A stretch of DNA of 64,000 nt from Dehalococcoidia bacterium. Its GTDB lineage: Bacteria > Chloroflexota > Dehalococcoidia > Lucifugimonadales > G963668185. Positions 63,135 through 64,000 of this stretch are shown piece after piece (position 1 is the stretch's first letter; every line of letters begins with the position of its first letter). The position numbers and the translations under genes are program-made. Under the pieces are notes generated by a model, which was not told the DNA's origin, searched no databases, and was given only the letters and a program-made list of their open reading frames with translations. Where the stretch lies: assembly GCA_963668185.1 (NCBI GenBank), contig OY764162.1, positions 2,660,478-2,724,477 on the forward strand, written 5' to 3'.

Positions 63135-63611
63135 GTGCTGGAGGTCGTGACCGGCTCGCCGGAGGAAACTCGCGAGGTGGGCGCGATCATGGCCAGGAAC
63201 GCCATGCCCGGCCACGTGTACCTGCTGGTGGGCGATCTAGGCGCGGGCAAGACGTGCCTCACGCAGGGCATCCTCATGGGGCTCGGCGGGAACGAGTACG
63301 CCCGCAGCCCCACGTTCGTGCTGACGGCGGAGTACGAGGGACGGCTGCGGCTCTACCACTTCGATCTGTACCGCTTGGAGTCGGCGTCCGAGCTCCTGGA
63401 CCTTGGAATAGACGAGTACCTGGAGGCCGGCGGCGTCTGCGTGATCGAGTGGGCGGACCGTTTTCGCGAGTGGTTGCCGGCCGGCGCGCTGGACGTGAGC
63501 ATCGGCAGCCTCGGCGAGTCGCGCCGCCGGTTCGTCTTCAGCGGCCCGCGAAGCACGTACGGCGGCCTGATGCGCGAACTGGCCTCGGCTGCGAGCGGCG
63601 CGCCGGCCTAG
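63135..63611 (+). CDS. tsaE: tRNA threonylcarbamoyladenosine biosynthesis ATPase TsaE
   Basis: GDLGAGKT, SPTF, YHFDLYRL, VIEWAD. Confidence 0.95.
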   Translation: MLEVVTGSPEETREVGAIMARNAMPGHVYLLVGDLGAGKTCLTQGILMGLGGNEYARSPTFVLTAEYEGRLRLYHFDLYRLESASELLDLGIDEYLEAGGVCVIEWADRFREWLPAGALDVSIGSLGESRRRFVFSGPRSTYGGLMRELASAASGAPA

Positions 63612-63619
63612 GGCAGACG

Positions 63620-64000
63620 ATGCAGTTGCTCATCGACACCTCGACGAGGTACGCGGCGGTTGGGCTGTCGGTCGACGGCGAACTCATCGCCCACACGGCG
63701 TGGCTTTCCCAGCAGAACCACTCGGTGGAGTTGATTCCGGCCATCCGGCGGCTGATGGAATCGCGCGGCGCCGAGGTTGACGACCTGAGCGCGGTCTTCG
63801 CTGCAAGAGGCCCCGGCGGGTTCAGCGCGCTCCGGGTCGGGCTGACCACGGCGAAGGCCATGGCCATAACGGCAGAGTTGCCGCTGGTCTCGATCGGCAC
63901 GCTGGAACTCGAGCTGCACCCGTACCGATGCCTCGGACGCCCGGCGTGGGCCGTCATAGACGCGGGCAGGGACATGCTGTACGTGGGCAGGTCCGAGGGC
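63620..64000 (+). CDS. tsaB: TsaB (partial, runs off the window)
   Basis: My translation: MQLLIDTST...HSVELIPAI...GPGGFSALRVG.TTAK; follows tsaE. Confidence 0.9.
   Translation, partial: MQLLIDTSTRYAAVGLSVDGELIAHTAWLSQQNHSVELIPAIRRLMESRGAEVDDLSAVFAARGPGGFSALRVGLTTAKAMAITAELPLVSIGTLELELHPYRCLGRPAWAVIDAGRDMLYVGRSEG

Overview
High-GC bacterial chromosomal window with no rRNA, tRNA, CRISPR array, transposase, integrase or reverse transcriptase that I could recognise. Gene content and style suggest Chloroflexota/Dehalococcoidia (SAR202-like); this is inference only. Core and metabolic genes: ftsZ, hydrolases, a GMC oxidoreductase, a ThDP enzyme, an opine/sarcosine-oxidase-like flavoprotein pair, a GcvT-family protein, a divergent ureABC without accessory genes followed by an enolase-superfamily gene, mgtE, hsp20/hspR with a HAIR-like operator, two PHP paralogs, a class III aminotransferase, a CPA2 antiporter, an amidase, an AOR-MoaD-MobA-NuoE/NuoF/FdhF cluster and tsaE/tsaB. 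The most unusual features are: (i) four tandem lipoprotein paralogs (7245-14988) that are a three-way sequence mosaic, preceded by helically phased inverted GTCTCA/TGAGAC arrays; (ii) a dense set of at least four palindromic repeat families, including a 23-24 bp module nested inside other repeats (with a filled/empty site pair) and repeats inserted in frame into a promoter-bearing gene; (iii) insertions flanked by duplicated stubs of neighbouring gene ends, alongside many single-gene, lower-GC cargo genes (PaREP1 x2, DUF429, NYN remnant, aspartyl protease, DUF4268, Phd, methyltransferase); (iv) a urease alpha subunit with intact metal ligands but a remodelled substrate pocket and flap. All alignments and counts were done by eye.
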